This document shows, in pieces, positions 51,328 through 64,000 of a stretch of DNA of 64,000 nucleotides. Source of the DNA: Tubulanus polymorphus. Its lineage: Eukaryota > Animalia > Nemertea. The notes under the pieces are model-generated. The model was not told the DNA's origin. It saw only the letters and a program-made list of their open reading frames with translations, and did not search any database. The position numbers and the translations under genes are program-made. Positions within the stretch are counted from its first letter, which is position 1. Every line of letters starts with the position of its first letter. The stretch spans positions 19,924,210 through 19,988,209 of the forward strand of contig NC_134030.1 of assembly GCF_964204645.1 (NCBI RefSeq), in the 5' to 3' direction.

Positions 51328-52228
51328 ACTACTAAGAGCTCAAAGTAACATTTTCGGACTTTTTTCTTATCATTGTGGGATTCTCTCTACATCGCGTCAA
51401 CACGGATATAGTGTTCTATCAATCGTGTTCATAACCAAATTATTCTATAATAAATGATTTTCTATAATTGAGGTTAGGAACTAATTTCAAACGAATATCT
51501 TTTGACTAGATCATTTGGGCTGAGGAACCAAACTTGGAAGCGACTCTGAAGACAAAAAATGAATTATCGATGATTATCTATATTAGATATTTAAAGCTTA
51601 TCACTCACGGAAAGAAACGACAGAGACTTGTTCCTGCGATACCCAAACACTAGCAATGCGGCCGCCCTGCACTCACTTCATAGCACGGCATTCAAACCAG
51701 CGATTCAAACCCGTTACACTGCTCTGCACTAAATCAAAAATACATCAAGTATTCTTTATGAATTTTTGACTATATCTATTATCAGTTCCTTTTTTTCTGT
51801 GTAGCTGCGTTATTTCAAACCTGGCTCATTCTCTGACGAAAAGGTTTGCTCATTGAGAGCCTATTTGAAAACTGTTGCAATATCAATTTTCTTTTTGAAA
51901 TTTTGAAAACGCTAATTTGCAAATATATTTTATTCAAATTCTAGGCAAAGAAAATGCTTGCTTACACAATGACTCGCATATGTGCTTTTGCTGCGATTGT
52001 GGCCAGTGCCGCGGCCTTCAGTGGTGAGTTAAGACTGGGAAAATGATACTCAGCTTCATAGGATTTCATAAATGATATAATTCAATTCGCAATTATCAGT
52101 AAACATTTAGTATGCGTTTATCGACGGAACGAATTGATTCGATAGATATATTTCACAATATGACACATATACATTATGACAAAAACCCTGTTAATTGACG
52201 TGCAACATATTGTTATTATACACATGCA

Positions 52229-52415
52229 TTTTTTTAACGACCTGGCCGGTAAGCCCCACGCTAGAAGCGGGTTCGATGTTTCTTTTTCCAAGTACCCACA
52301 TCAGAGAAGAACCTCCGACCAAGAAACTCTGCCGCCTCCAGGGTTTGAACCCATAAACCCTGGATTGATGAGAGCAGTGTCAGGCGGCTTATACCACTCG
52401 GCCACTGCGCCTCTC
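52229..52415 (-). mobile_element. tRNA-derived SINE copy
   Basis: Paralog of 3331-3516. Confidence 0.65.
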
Positions 52416-52965
52416 ATCTGTTATCCTCATCGGGATCATCATTGTAGTCCTACATCTGGGGCGGGAGTTCCATTATTTCTTCAATTTAGGTAAAAACGTC
52501 TTTCACTTCAAAATTCAATTTTTAATTTCATGCTTTTCGAAAATATAGATTGCCATCCAAACGGCTGGACGTGTGACGATAGCCTTAAGTGTTGCAGCAA
52601 CACCTGTAGAGCTAGTATTTGTTCCTGATCGTTGAGGACAAAGGTTTATAACGGGATATACTCGTGGTGGTTTGGGAAATATATCCGATTATGAAACTGA
52701 ACGATTGTCAGTTTTACTGACTCGGCCGTGTACTAAAAAGCTCGCACTGAATTTATAATTGTTACCGATTCTTCATATCATGTAGTAAATTAGATTCAAT
52801 AAAACTGCGAGTAAATAAATCAATTGTCGGGTTGTTGACTGTTTATGATTCATCGGTCAGAGTTTTCAAAGTGATCAGAAGTGCCATTCCATCGGCAGTG
52901 AAGAACATTCATCGTCAATTAAAAAAGACTACTCGTAAGCAAAAGTCCAAAATCTCTCTAATCAA

Positions 52966-53479
52966 TTATTTCAGTCCCAGGGTTTAAATCTTTCATATGC
53001 ATCCATCCATTAAGATATTTAGAGTTTTCTGTCCTGTTGCCCGGTCGGTGATTTTCTTGTGACGTCACTCAACCTCGTATGAAACTGTGGAAAACAATAT
53101 AAATACAGTTTTAAGATGCTTTAAATGAAATCCATTTTCGTAGTTCATTGATGCTTCGATTTTTTTTATTCTCTAAATTTAAGATTTCTATAGATTAGAA
53201 CTGAACCTCGGGGACTTCCACATCGAAAATCAGCAATATCAACTTTACCGTTTGTAACAACTTTGTGTGTAAATTCCTGAAGGTGCGTAAGATTTGAAAT
53301 AATTCTGTTTTGAAGCTGATTAGCGGCCATGCGTTCAAGCATCTTTGTGGCTACAGGTTAGTAAGACAATGATCTATAATTATTCAATTAGTATAGATTT
53401 AAAAGTTGTGTTTTTATCAATTGCTCAACCGAGCATGATTTTAGTTAAACAGTTCGTAGGTACAACACCGGTTTCCAAA
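52966..53479 (-). mobile_element. LINE RT relic copy (more deleted)
   Basis: Paralog of 4070-4658. Confidence 0.6.
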
Positions 53480-54340
53480 GAGAGCAATTTATAATTCTAG
53501 TAACGATTGGAACAGTAACACACTGTTTTAGAATTGGCGCGGGCAACTAAAGCATCCCCTTTATACTTCACAAATCCTGCATCAAAATTGCTCGGAGCAC
53601 CACGGAAAAACTGATCATTAACGCGACTAATGGTCAGTAGCGTATGTTCCAAACGAGCGATGGAAATTCACCTATTTCAAACTGGTCATTTATGTGTAAA
53701 ATACAAGCACTTGAGAGACCGGCGGATATGCGACATGGACATAATAGCGTAACCTGCATTTTCAAGTGTATTAATGGCTTATGCGAGCTTTCAACTTAAA
53801 CTTCGTGTTGGGCGGTGATTTATTGATAGGCCGTCTAGAAGACTGAGAACCGCGTAATTTTTTTTTGAAAAAAACTTTCTTTCAAAATTAATTCTGCAAG
53901 ATCTAGCGGTTTGAAATCAAATAATTTCGTTACGTTGACATTTTCGTCATCTTGAATTGATGCTAATGTAGAAAAGCATTGAATAATGATTTTGAGGCTC
54001 ATCGTTAATATTCAATGATTCTATAACTAAAATTACGTTCGGGTTGAATGTGTTCTGATGAAATACGTAATGTCTAATGACGAAATTCGTGTGTGAACAA
54101 ATTGGAAAAAAAAAACAAAATTGGAATTAATTGGCGCCTTAGGAATTTTGGTAAGCAACGTGGAATCTAGAAATTATTGCTAATTGGAAAACAGATCTTT
54201 ATGCAAAAAATCCAAACATATCAAATCTAGAATCGGTTTAGAACTAATTGCGGCAGTAACCAAAAATCCACCTAAAAGAAGTCACAGCGAATTCTCTGAT
54301 TGGACGAACTGCAATTTGTGTTCGTTATTATTCGACGAAA

Positions 54341-57300
54341 ATGGTTTCGGTTCATTCTGTCGTGTTGATGCTGTTCGGTATGGATCGACTGAGAGCGCTG
54401 TTTATAGCGTCGCTGATCGTCTGGCGAGTTAATATCGCACACGCTGATCTGTCTGACTCTGTGACGGTTTGTTCGTCTTGTAACAACACTTGGTACCCCG
54501 TCGATTCTACGTCCGGTTACATCGTTTCACCGAATTACCCGTCGTTTACGCGAGGTGTTGAATGTCGTTGGTTCGTCAACAGCTCTTTACCGGGAACTTT
54601 CAACATCAAACTATACTACGACATCGAGCCGTCGATATTCTGTAGTGATAACTATCTTCTCGTCGGTGAGTCCGATAACAAATTCTGCGGTGAAGGAAAA
54701 CATGAAATCCGCCGTAACGATTCGATGTCGTTGATGTTTAGAAGTAACGTCGATGGTGCGCGGGGTAGTCGGGTTTATATCATATATCGTTTAGAACGGA
54801 ACAATTTGAAATTAATTCAAACCTGCGCAAGATACGGTTTAAAAATCAACAAATTACCAACATCGATAGGATATAAGTTTGCTTTGTTGGTATGGCAATG
54901 TAAATTGTATTTAGAATGGATCGGGATCCCGAGTGGGTTTGCTATGAATTTCACGTTTTCGCAGATAGAATTCCAATTATATCCCGGCACTGATCCAGCG
55001 ACAACTGTTCAAATTCATGACGGATGGAACAGCAGTGAACTTCTTGCTGTAATACCAGAACAAACCGGACATCCACCGTCATCATTCTATACTAAAACTA
55101 ACAAAGCTATGATCAGTTTGCCACGTGGGCGAAACGTACTTACATCACAATTATCAGTTCAAGTGTATAGAATATCAGATTGGAACGTCTCTAATCCGTT
55201 AATCCAAATCTCTAATAACGAGTCTGGAGTGCTCATTCCTGATGACAACAGTTTACACGTAATAATTCGATCAAAACACTTACACTGCTGGTCTATCACA
55301 GTGCAGGTGTTACAGTACGTCGTCTTCAACTGGACACGTGATCTCAGCACATCCGGTGACGTCATTGGTGTATATAAACTAGAAGGGTTACGCGTTGTAG
55401 GAACTGATATTTTACTCGGTTACAACTACCTGGAATCACTGAGTGTTAAATCTGACGGCTTTCTCGTCATACTGTGCGTTTTAATAAGACCAGGTGTTTT
55501 ACAATCGAATGTGAAAATTGAATTTGAAGTGAAATATATTTCCATAAAAGACGTACGAGTGGATAAACACAGGGTGAGCATTGTGCGTTTTAATTTAAAG
55601 TTTATGATTTTATTGTGTGTGGATCTCTGTTATTAGGTTTCATGCGTAGAGTTTATGTTTGTGTTCTGAGAATAAAGTGAAAGTCTTCGAAGCCGACACG
55701 AGAAGTTACGCGCACTTTTTCTTGGAGATCCAGATACTATAACTGCATGTTTAAACGATTATTGGGATGATTTAGGGTGGGTTTTTTTTCAACTAAAATA
55801 CTTTATTGCGAAATTTTGATTTTCCACCTGAAGAAGAAATTTCATTTTAGCAAATCTTAAAACACGAATTGCTGCACGTGACAAAATCATTAATCGCAAA
55901 GATTTGGAAATGTTGTTATGTTATTAATACATAAAAAAGAAATGCTAATTTGTTATATTTTGTAGATATCTGGTAACAGATACAGATACGGTTTGTTTGT
56001 TCAAAATCTGTTCCCGACGACGAAGAAGACAACATTATCGTATCGCATAAATACATTAGAATTTAAACGGAAAGTTGATATCTATGAGGATGGATTAAAA
56101 CTAACAGTATTATCAGAGACGTGCGAGAGAGCTGGATTTTATATATATGATGGTGGTAATTTTACAGCTAGACGCTATGGTCCGTATTGTCCTGGTTATA
56201 AATATGGTCGTAACGTCGTCAGTCTGATTACATCAGGAGAACCGGTTACTGTAGTAGCATACGCTTATAACTGGGATAGAAAGTTAATAGTTAATCCGGT
56301 GTCATATCTAACATTCGCCCCTACTGATTGTGACGGGTATGTTCTGCAGGAAGGAGAAAATCAGATCAATATGACGTCACACTGCCTCACGATTACACCT
56401 GAAAACCGGCGCCTTCCTTTAAAAAATATTTATATAATATCAGAACACGAATATCAAATTTACACATGTTTCCGTGGTTTAAATTCGTGTCCTGATGTTA
56501 CTTTTACAACTCAATTACTGAATAACAGTCTCTTATTGAATCATCTGATGATAAAAGGAAGTAGTTATAGGTTCTGGAGTAGTTCACTGATGATTGTACT
56601 ACGACGTAAATGTTTGGTGTTGATGATCTATCAAGATTCCCCGGTACTTTCCTCTAATCAAATTGCATACATCCCGCCGAAGCGAGAAAAATGTGGAGTC
56701 GCACAATCACCGGAATACCCTGGATATTTTCCTCAACGCGGCAAATCTTTGTATTACTCATTTCATGACGACAAACATTTGAATTATTACATCAGATTCC
56801 TTTTCAAATTTATGGGGCAAGCCTCGTGCAGCCCTTCTAGTAGTTATACTATTCGAGATCTGTTATTACTGGTACAGACTATTTTGAAACCCGGTAGTTG
56901 GGGAATCCATATGCGTCGTCACGAGACTAAAATATGTGAAAATAACGCTGTACCTGGACTTGTATTGTACAGTCTACTCGGGTATGACCTTTACTTTGAA
57001 GCGAAAAACTATATCCCTTTATTTCGAATTCAATACAATTTAGAACAATCGCCTTCACAAACACATCGAAATAATGACTGCGGATTAGATTTTCTAGATT
57101 CAGGTGTTTCGTGTATCAGATACATCAAACATGAACGTCTGAATTGGGAGAACGCTGAAATGTACTGTCAACAGAAATACGGAGGACATCTTCTCAGTAT
57201 CAACTCTGAACAGGAAATGATTGCTGTAAAAAAACTGTTCGCTACGAATCTTCTTCAGGAGGCGTATTCACAGGCGGCGCTGATTGTGATGATTGGATTG

Positions 57301-60300
57301 AAATTGCAGGTAAAATTGCATTGCTGAATTGCATTGATTGATTGGAGGTAATTTCAAAGTATCGTTATGAACATGTTTACCAACATTCATTTAGTATTGA
57401 ACATGATTTTGAATTTGTTACCAATTCATTCATTCTCTACTAAAAGTCTAGAATCTTTCATATTAATTGAAACAGATTTCTATAAATCAACGTGTAAAAT
57501 GTAACATGATCTTAATTTGATAAACTCAATTCAGACGCTTGATATAAGTTAGATATCCAAAAGCTAATCGTCATGAATCGTCATGAACACGTCTAAAACC
57601 ATTTCGATCAATGAAACTGAATTTATTTTGAACAGGATGATGGATATTACACGTGGACTGATGGGAAACCATTGAGCTACACAGAGTGGTTTTAACCTGC
57701 TGTGATAAACGAAACGATACCAGAAGTTATTCAAGGATTGATATCTCCTCTAAGAAAACAACCGATAAATGACGTCAATATGCCGTGTACGGCGATGATT
57801 CTGAATAATCCACGAGGATCAGCGAACTGGGTTCGATTCCCGTGTCAAATCGAGGAGACTCGAACAACTTTCATTTGTGAAAAAGACAAAGATAACTCCT
57901 CATCGACTAAAAATCACAAATTACCTGTTGCAGAAGAAAACTCTACTTATTATTCGGGGATATTGGAATCAGATAACTCCACCTGTTTTAAAGGATGGAT
58001 TGGTTTAAAAGGACATTGCTATCAGATACTTACAGCCTGGGATACTCACAGATTGTCAATTCGGGAAGCTGAGGAAATGTGTTTTAAAATCGGTGGTGAA
58101 TTAGGTATAGTATCCAGTGATATTATATTCAGCATTTGATTCAAATATTTCATTATGAACATCAATATGGTACTATACTGGCGAGGACTACGGATAGTGA
58201 ATTTCTTGCTCTGAATCCAGTTTTGACCAGAGATGAAATAACATATAAAAAAAACGGTGAAATGGTCAGTGACTGCCTTTGATAATATCACAGATGTAGC
58301 GCATTCAGTGTTATGTTCCTACAATGTAAGTGGTGAAGAGTTGGCTTCTATGAGTGGTTGTAAATCGTGGCAATTTGAATGTAACGATCAAAGATGTATC
58401 AGCGATCATCGCGTATGTGATACCAGAAACGACTGTCAACACGGTGAAGATGAACTCGATTGTTCAGATTCAAACTGGTGCAGTCAGTTCCACTGTACTG
58501 ATGGAAGAGTTATATCAGTGAGTAATTTGTGTGATTTTGTACGAGATTGCGCTGACGGATCAGATGAGAACTCGTGCTATCATACTTTATGTTCCTCTGA
58601 ACAGTTTAAGTGTAGCAATGGACAATGTGTGGGTTTATATAATCGATGTGATGGACTGGTTGATTGTAAAGATAAATCTGATGAGATCGGCTGCTCTTCC
58701 GATGAATGTAACGGGTTTCTGTGTGTAAATGGTGAATGTATCAGTTCTCTGTTGTATCGGGATGGTGTTGTAGATTGTGCTGGTAGCCTCGAAGAAGATG
58801 AGATTGTCACCAACGTAACAGTTACACCAAAGATTCACTGTACTACAGAGAACTACTGTACGACTAATTTCACAAACTTATGTAAGGAATCCGATGAACA
58901 AAGATGTTCTTTCGATTCTCCTCACTGTTATTCTAGACGTCACAGGTGTATTTTAGAAAGGAGGCCGATTGGTTACCCGGTATGTAGAAGGCTCGAACAT
59001 ATACAAGGTTGTACTGATTTCAAATGTCCAGCTGGTGCTGCAAAATGTCCAGCATCTTACTGTATACCGATGGGACAGGTGTGCGATGGTCGATCCGATT
59101 GTCCTAACTCAGAAGATGAGCGAAACTGCAAGACTTTGTCGTGTCCCGGCATGTTTAAATGTGGCCATGAAAACCGATGCATACCTCAATCTGAAGTTTG
59201 TGATGGTGTCGTCAATTGTATACATACCACTGATGACGAAGCTTTCTGTGACGTCATATGTCCAAAGGAATGTAAATGTCAAGGTCATTTGATTGATTGC
59301 GATCATGCTGATTTCGAAGAAATTACTGATCTTTTCTCGGCATCAACTCGAGTTCTGATTTTATCAAGAAACCGAGTTGTATTCAATGAGTCCACATTTT
59401 CTTCGTACCTCTATCTACATTTCCTTAATATTTCACGTAACAATTTGTCTTATATTGTTCCAAACTCGTTCTCAAACCTGCATAATCTACATACATTAGA
59501 TCTAGCTTATAACCGCATAATATCATTTTCCGCGAATACATTCGCCGGTTTGTATAGTTTGAAAATGCTTTTGATTTTTGGAAATTCAGTGAGATATTTA
59601 GAAGAAGGCAGTTTTCATGGTTTAAAGTCATTAAGCGATCTCGATCTTCACGGACTTTCCTTGTCGTTACTCGGTGGAAATGTGTTCCGTGGTTTATCAG
59701 CTTTAGAGTCGTTAAATATCAGCAGTAACGTGATCAAATATATTTCACCAAATGCGTTCGCCGGATTAACAAAACTAAGAAATCTGGATCTAACCAAAAA
59801 TTCTGAAGTCATATCCGTACAAAGAAACGTTTTTGACAGTCTTATATTATTGAGTTCTTTGGCTTCTGACGCGTACAAATTTTGTTGCATGGTTCCGAAT
59901 GTTGATCAGTGTCTCCCGGAAGCCGACCAATTTTCATCTTGTTCCGACCTGATGGGTAACACTGTTCTTAGAGCAATCATTTGGGCGATCGCTTCATTCA
60001 GCTTTTTTGCCAACATCATCGTAATTTTACTTCGCGTTCAAGCGTTACGCATTTCATCCTCTGAATCACGTAACATATCCTCTGATATCCTAATCATTAA
60101 TATTGCCACCTGCGATTTTCTCATGTCAATTTATCTTTTTCTGATCGCTGGAGCCGATTACGTCTATAAAGGTGTTTATTTCCTCAATTCTGAAAGGTGG
60201 ACAGATAGTTCACTGTGTCGACTCGCTGGGATTTTAGTAACTCTTTCGTGCGAGGGGTCTTTGCTTTTTCTCCTTATTCTAACCCGTCAAAGATACTCGA

Positions 60301-60866
60301 ATATCGTCGATCCATTTTCTGGAAGCCCAATTATATCATCGACATATGTGTCCGGTATTTGCTGTATATGCTGGATCATTTTGGGCAACATTTCAATGCT
60401 ACCGCTGTCGTCATCTTCTTATTTCGGACATAACTTTTACGGCACAACTGGTGTTTGTCTACCAATGAATTTACTATCCATCAATGTCCACGCCTGGCAA
60501 TATTCATTCGCTATATTTACCGTGTTTAACTCGGTCGTACTTGCTACAATAATGATGACGTATGCACAGATGTATAAACTCGTATCTGGAAGCAGGTCCG
60601 GCTCGGGTAGAGCTGATCCTACCGAATTGATTCTGGCACGTAGGAGTTTAGTGATAAATCTGTGTAATTTATTTTGCTGGTTACCGATAATTATCGTTCA
60701 GTTTTGCGCTGTATTCCGAGTCGAAATACCGAACCAAGTGGCGGCTTGGTTGGCGGTACTTTTCCTACCGATCAACTCGTCACTAAATCCACTTCTTTAC
60801 ACCATCCTCACTATTGATATTAAATCTATTCGGGCCAGAAATAAACGCGTTTTGAAAACTCGCTGA
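54341..60866 (+). pseudogene. GRL101-like: Copy 5 receptor; exons 1-2 open, early stop and compensating frameshifts in exon 3
   Basis: Exons 54341-55573, 55966-57309, 57636-60866. AAA>TAA at 57693-57695, -1 at ~58126, +1 in the A-run at ~58250. The first ATG is changed to ACG (54335). Confidence 0.82.
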
Positions 60867-63601
60867 ACCATTCGACAGTCAAACCCTGACTATGCACTCT
60901 AATCAGAATGCTGCGAAATCTTTTCAGATGAAATATATTATATACATAAACAAATACGTAGCAAACGTGTGGACTCGAGAACGAACTGATACTTGCTTAT
61001 ACGTTCCAATAAAAAAAATGACGACACTTCAAGATAATATCGCAAAGTAATGAAAACTTCGAATGGGTTTCGAATCGTGTCCAGAAATACGACGTAGCGA
61101 TAAGAATACACGCTAGGAGAGCTGAGTAATGTTATTTAATATGAGTTGTAACACCGATTATCCTGACAGTTAATTACGCTTATTTTATATCAGGATGATT
61201 TAAAAATTATGTAAGCTGGAAATAAAAGTGTCAAATAGTGGTACATGTTCTACGTTCATCGATTTAAAACCGTATTTGAGCGCTTCAATGTTTATTCGAA
61301 GGATAAAGCTTGCGTTGCTTTCGTCCATTCAAAGTCCTACGCCCGGAGGTGGGATCACTTCAAATGCGTGTCGATCCATATGGACATTATCGGCGCTGTT
61401 AAAGGTGATCTACGTCTTTTGAATTCAGTCGTGTCCAGTATGTTCTTGCCAGTTTCTCGTTTATTAATCTTTTGCAGCCTCGGCTTTCAACACTCCCCTG
61501 ACAAAGGATAAATATCGTATAATGACAAAGGATAAGTATCGTCTAATGCACTGAGTTAGGTGTACTCGGGCCCACAACGGGAACGACAATTGAATCAATC
61601 GCTCAACACTGATCAGAATGATTACCGAGTTCCGATGCATCTTCGCCGTGTGAACAAGTCCGTCACAGTACACAGTAAACACCGCCGACACTCGGAATTT
61701 TTCCAGACCGTACGTCCACAACGATAAGTATTCCTTCAATGAGGTGAGGCAAAATATCGCAACCAGGTATTTTAGGATGGCAAATATTCTGAGCAGGTGG
61801 TACGTACAAATTTGTAAATTCGAGAAAAAACAATTGTAAGAAATAACCGTGAAAATTAGCGTTCGAACCCCTAAGCCCTCGGTTGCCAGGAGACTAGTGA
61901 CCGGCGGCTTAAAACCACTCGGCCAGTGAGCCTGTTACATGAGTTCGTAGAAGATTTGGATTGTGTATTGAGCTTGGATCAAAATTTCCACCAGTTGTGA
62001 TCTAGATGCTTAGTATACGTTAGTATACTGAACGGCATGATCGATGACCAACAATATTCACCATTGAATATACGATTTACTCACCTGTTGCACTGAAGGT
62101 TTGGGTTACTGATATTTCTGATCGATGAACCATGCTCACGAATCGGTGTGCAAATACATTTTCTAAAAGGAGTTTAATACAAATATACAGTTTGACAGGT
62201 TGTAGTGCAGTTCGGTTGTCAAAACAACTGACGAAAATTGTAATGAATACATGTAGTTAATCTAGCATGTGAAACTGAATTAACTCACAAACATCAGTTT
62301 AAGTACCGTACTGCTATTTCCAAAATTTCGATGTATTAAATTAGGCAGCCAAGAAAATTCACCCCCAATCAGTCGCTTGCCGGTTAAGACTGAATGGAAG
62401 ATTGTTTGAATGAACCGGAACCGAATTTCCCAATTATGTACTTTGAGCAAAAAACTTTTGTAAACTCGACCGCCGATCACACAACTATATCTGTACTTCG
62501 ATTATCGATTGTAAAACCAAACCCCCTGTTTCGCTCCCGGCAGGTGTGGTGGGTTTGTAAGGGACACTCAATCAAAAAATCAAACGAAATTTACCAACCA
62601 AATAAATAACAGGGACAATCCCTATTTTAGGAAAAAAACACAAATGAAGAAGAGCCACAATTCAAAGTATACACGATAAACTCTAACTCCGCCCCTGAAT
62701 TGTGCCGCATTCTTAGGCAGTTTTTACTCCAAGTCTTCAAATCACGAGGAATGCACGTATCACAGAGGGCCGCATTACGTCACTGCAGAAAATGCGTCTC
62801 GTGGAGAAAATGGTGGAAGGCGGGGATTTAACAAAACTGTTTAGATGATATAAAAGATGATGTGTTTGTCTGCTATCGTGAATATGTGTTGTTAAAGGTT
62901 TTGAATACATATGGATTTAAAAACTTCTCGCTGCATTTCCCTGTAAGAGGACACCATGAAGAGTCAATCAATCACCAAAGCTGTGCAATTATTTGGTTTT
63001 ATTTCAATTTGTATTTGAAGAATATATAGTATCGCGCGCAATATTTTTCATTCATTCGTCGACTGTTCTGGCTCGAGAAAACGAGATATTGTCATTTCGA
63101 AAGTATAATACGTTGGAAGAGCGACTAAGGTAAGCGTAGTGATAAAATATTCAAATTTAACGATAGAAAAATGATACCTTGTTTCTTAAAAGCTTAAAAG
63201 TTGAACCGCCCGGCCGCCGCCTATCTACCCTATACATTATTCTAAAAAAAGAAACTATTATCAGCCATTCGACAACAAGACGCGGCGGCTATTGAAACGA
63301 ACGGATTACAAATTCTATTGAAATTTACAAAATAACCCGGGCTCTGCGGAGAAACAAGGTGTCATTTTTAGCCTAAAAATAATATACTCCGATACGTACA
63401 GCAGCAATTTCAGTAGCTGGAATCTAAAATACGACACACGACTAAACACTATTTTTCTGCTGAAAATCATGCATCGATTAATCGATCAATGACGTGTCAC
63501 TGATCACACCGTTTAGCATAGTAGCATATTCTACGGTTATATGTAGATTTTCACCGATGGAGATCTCATTATAAATTACATAAAATTCATAACCAAATTC
63601 A

Positions 63602-63647
63602 TTATTCCTGAAGATGACTATTAGGATATAGTCGAAACGTTGAATAA
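63602..63647 (+). ncRNA. Minimal hammerhead ribozyme motif, copy 3
   Basis: Same sequence as 38474-38519. Confidence 0.7.
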
Positions 63648-64000
63648 ACTACTAAGAGCTCAAAGTAACATTTTCGGACTTTTTTCTTATCATTGTGGGA
63701 TTCTCTCTACATCGCGTCAACACGGATATAGTGTTCTATCAATCGTGTTCATAACCAAATTATTAATAAATGATTTTCTATAATTGAGGTTAGGAACTAA
63801 TTTCAAACGAATATCTTTTGACTAGATCATTTGGGCTGAGGAACCAAACTTGGAAGCGACTCTGAAGACAATAAATGAATTATCGATGATTATCTATATT
63901 AGATATTTAAAGCTTATCACTCACGGAAAGAAACGACAAAGACTTGTTCCTGCGATGCCCAAACACTAGCAATGCGGCCGCCCTGCACTCACTTCATAGT

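Larger units (their letters stand above)
280..64000 (+). repeat. Tandem array of GRL101-like receptor gene units (5 complete genes + tail of a 6th, with homologous spacers)
   Basis: The same terminal sequence ...GTTTTGAAAACTCGCTGA (VLKTR*) ends at 456, 12589, 24497, 34732, 47907 and 60866. Spacers share the same blocks in the same order. Confidence 0.97.

Overview
AT-rich eukaryotic (invertebrate metazoan-like) genomic DNA filled by a head-to-tail tandem array (unit about 10-13 kb) of one large + strand receptor gene: five complete copies plus the 3' tail of a sixth at the window start. The ORF track splits each copy, but GT-AG phase-0 splice sites join three coding exons into a ~1930-1940 aa GRL101-like (type C2 LGR) GPCR: signal peptide, CUB/CUB-like domains, C-type lectin-like domains, ~7 LDLa repeats, ~7-8 LRRs, hinge and rhodopsin-class 7TM. 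Copies 3 and 4 are intact. Copies 0, 1, 2 and 5 are disrupted, with every visible lesion in the last coding exon. The 7TM is nearly invariant, while exon 2 has discrete hypervariable loops with in-frame length changes, and the copies are mosaics of each other. This suggests a diversifying recognition-receptor cluster with possible secreted forms (inference). Spacers and introns hold a long-TIR DNA element (two insertions), a piggyBac-like MITE, a solo LTR, a Helentron/DINE-like element, tRNA-derived SINEs, a LINE RT relic, a minimal hammerhead ribozyme motif and a probable relic of a second GPCR. All calls were made by eye; no database search or computed alignment was run.
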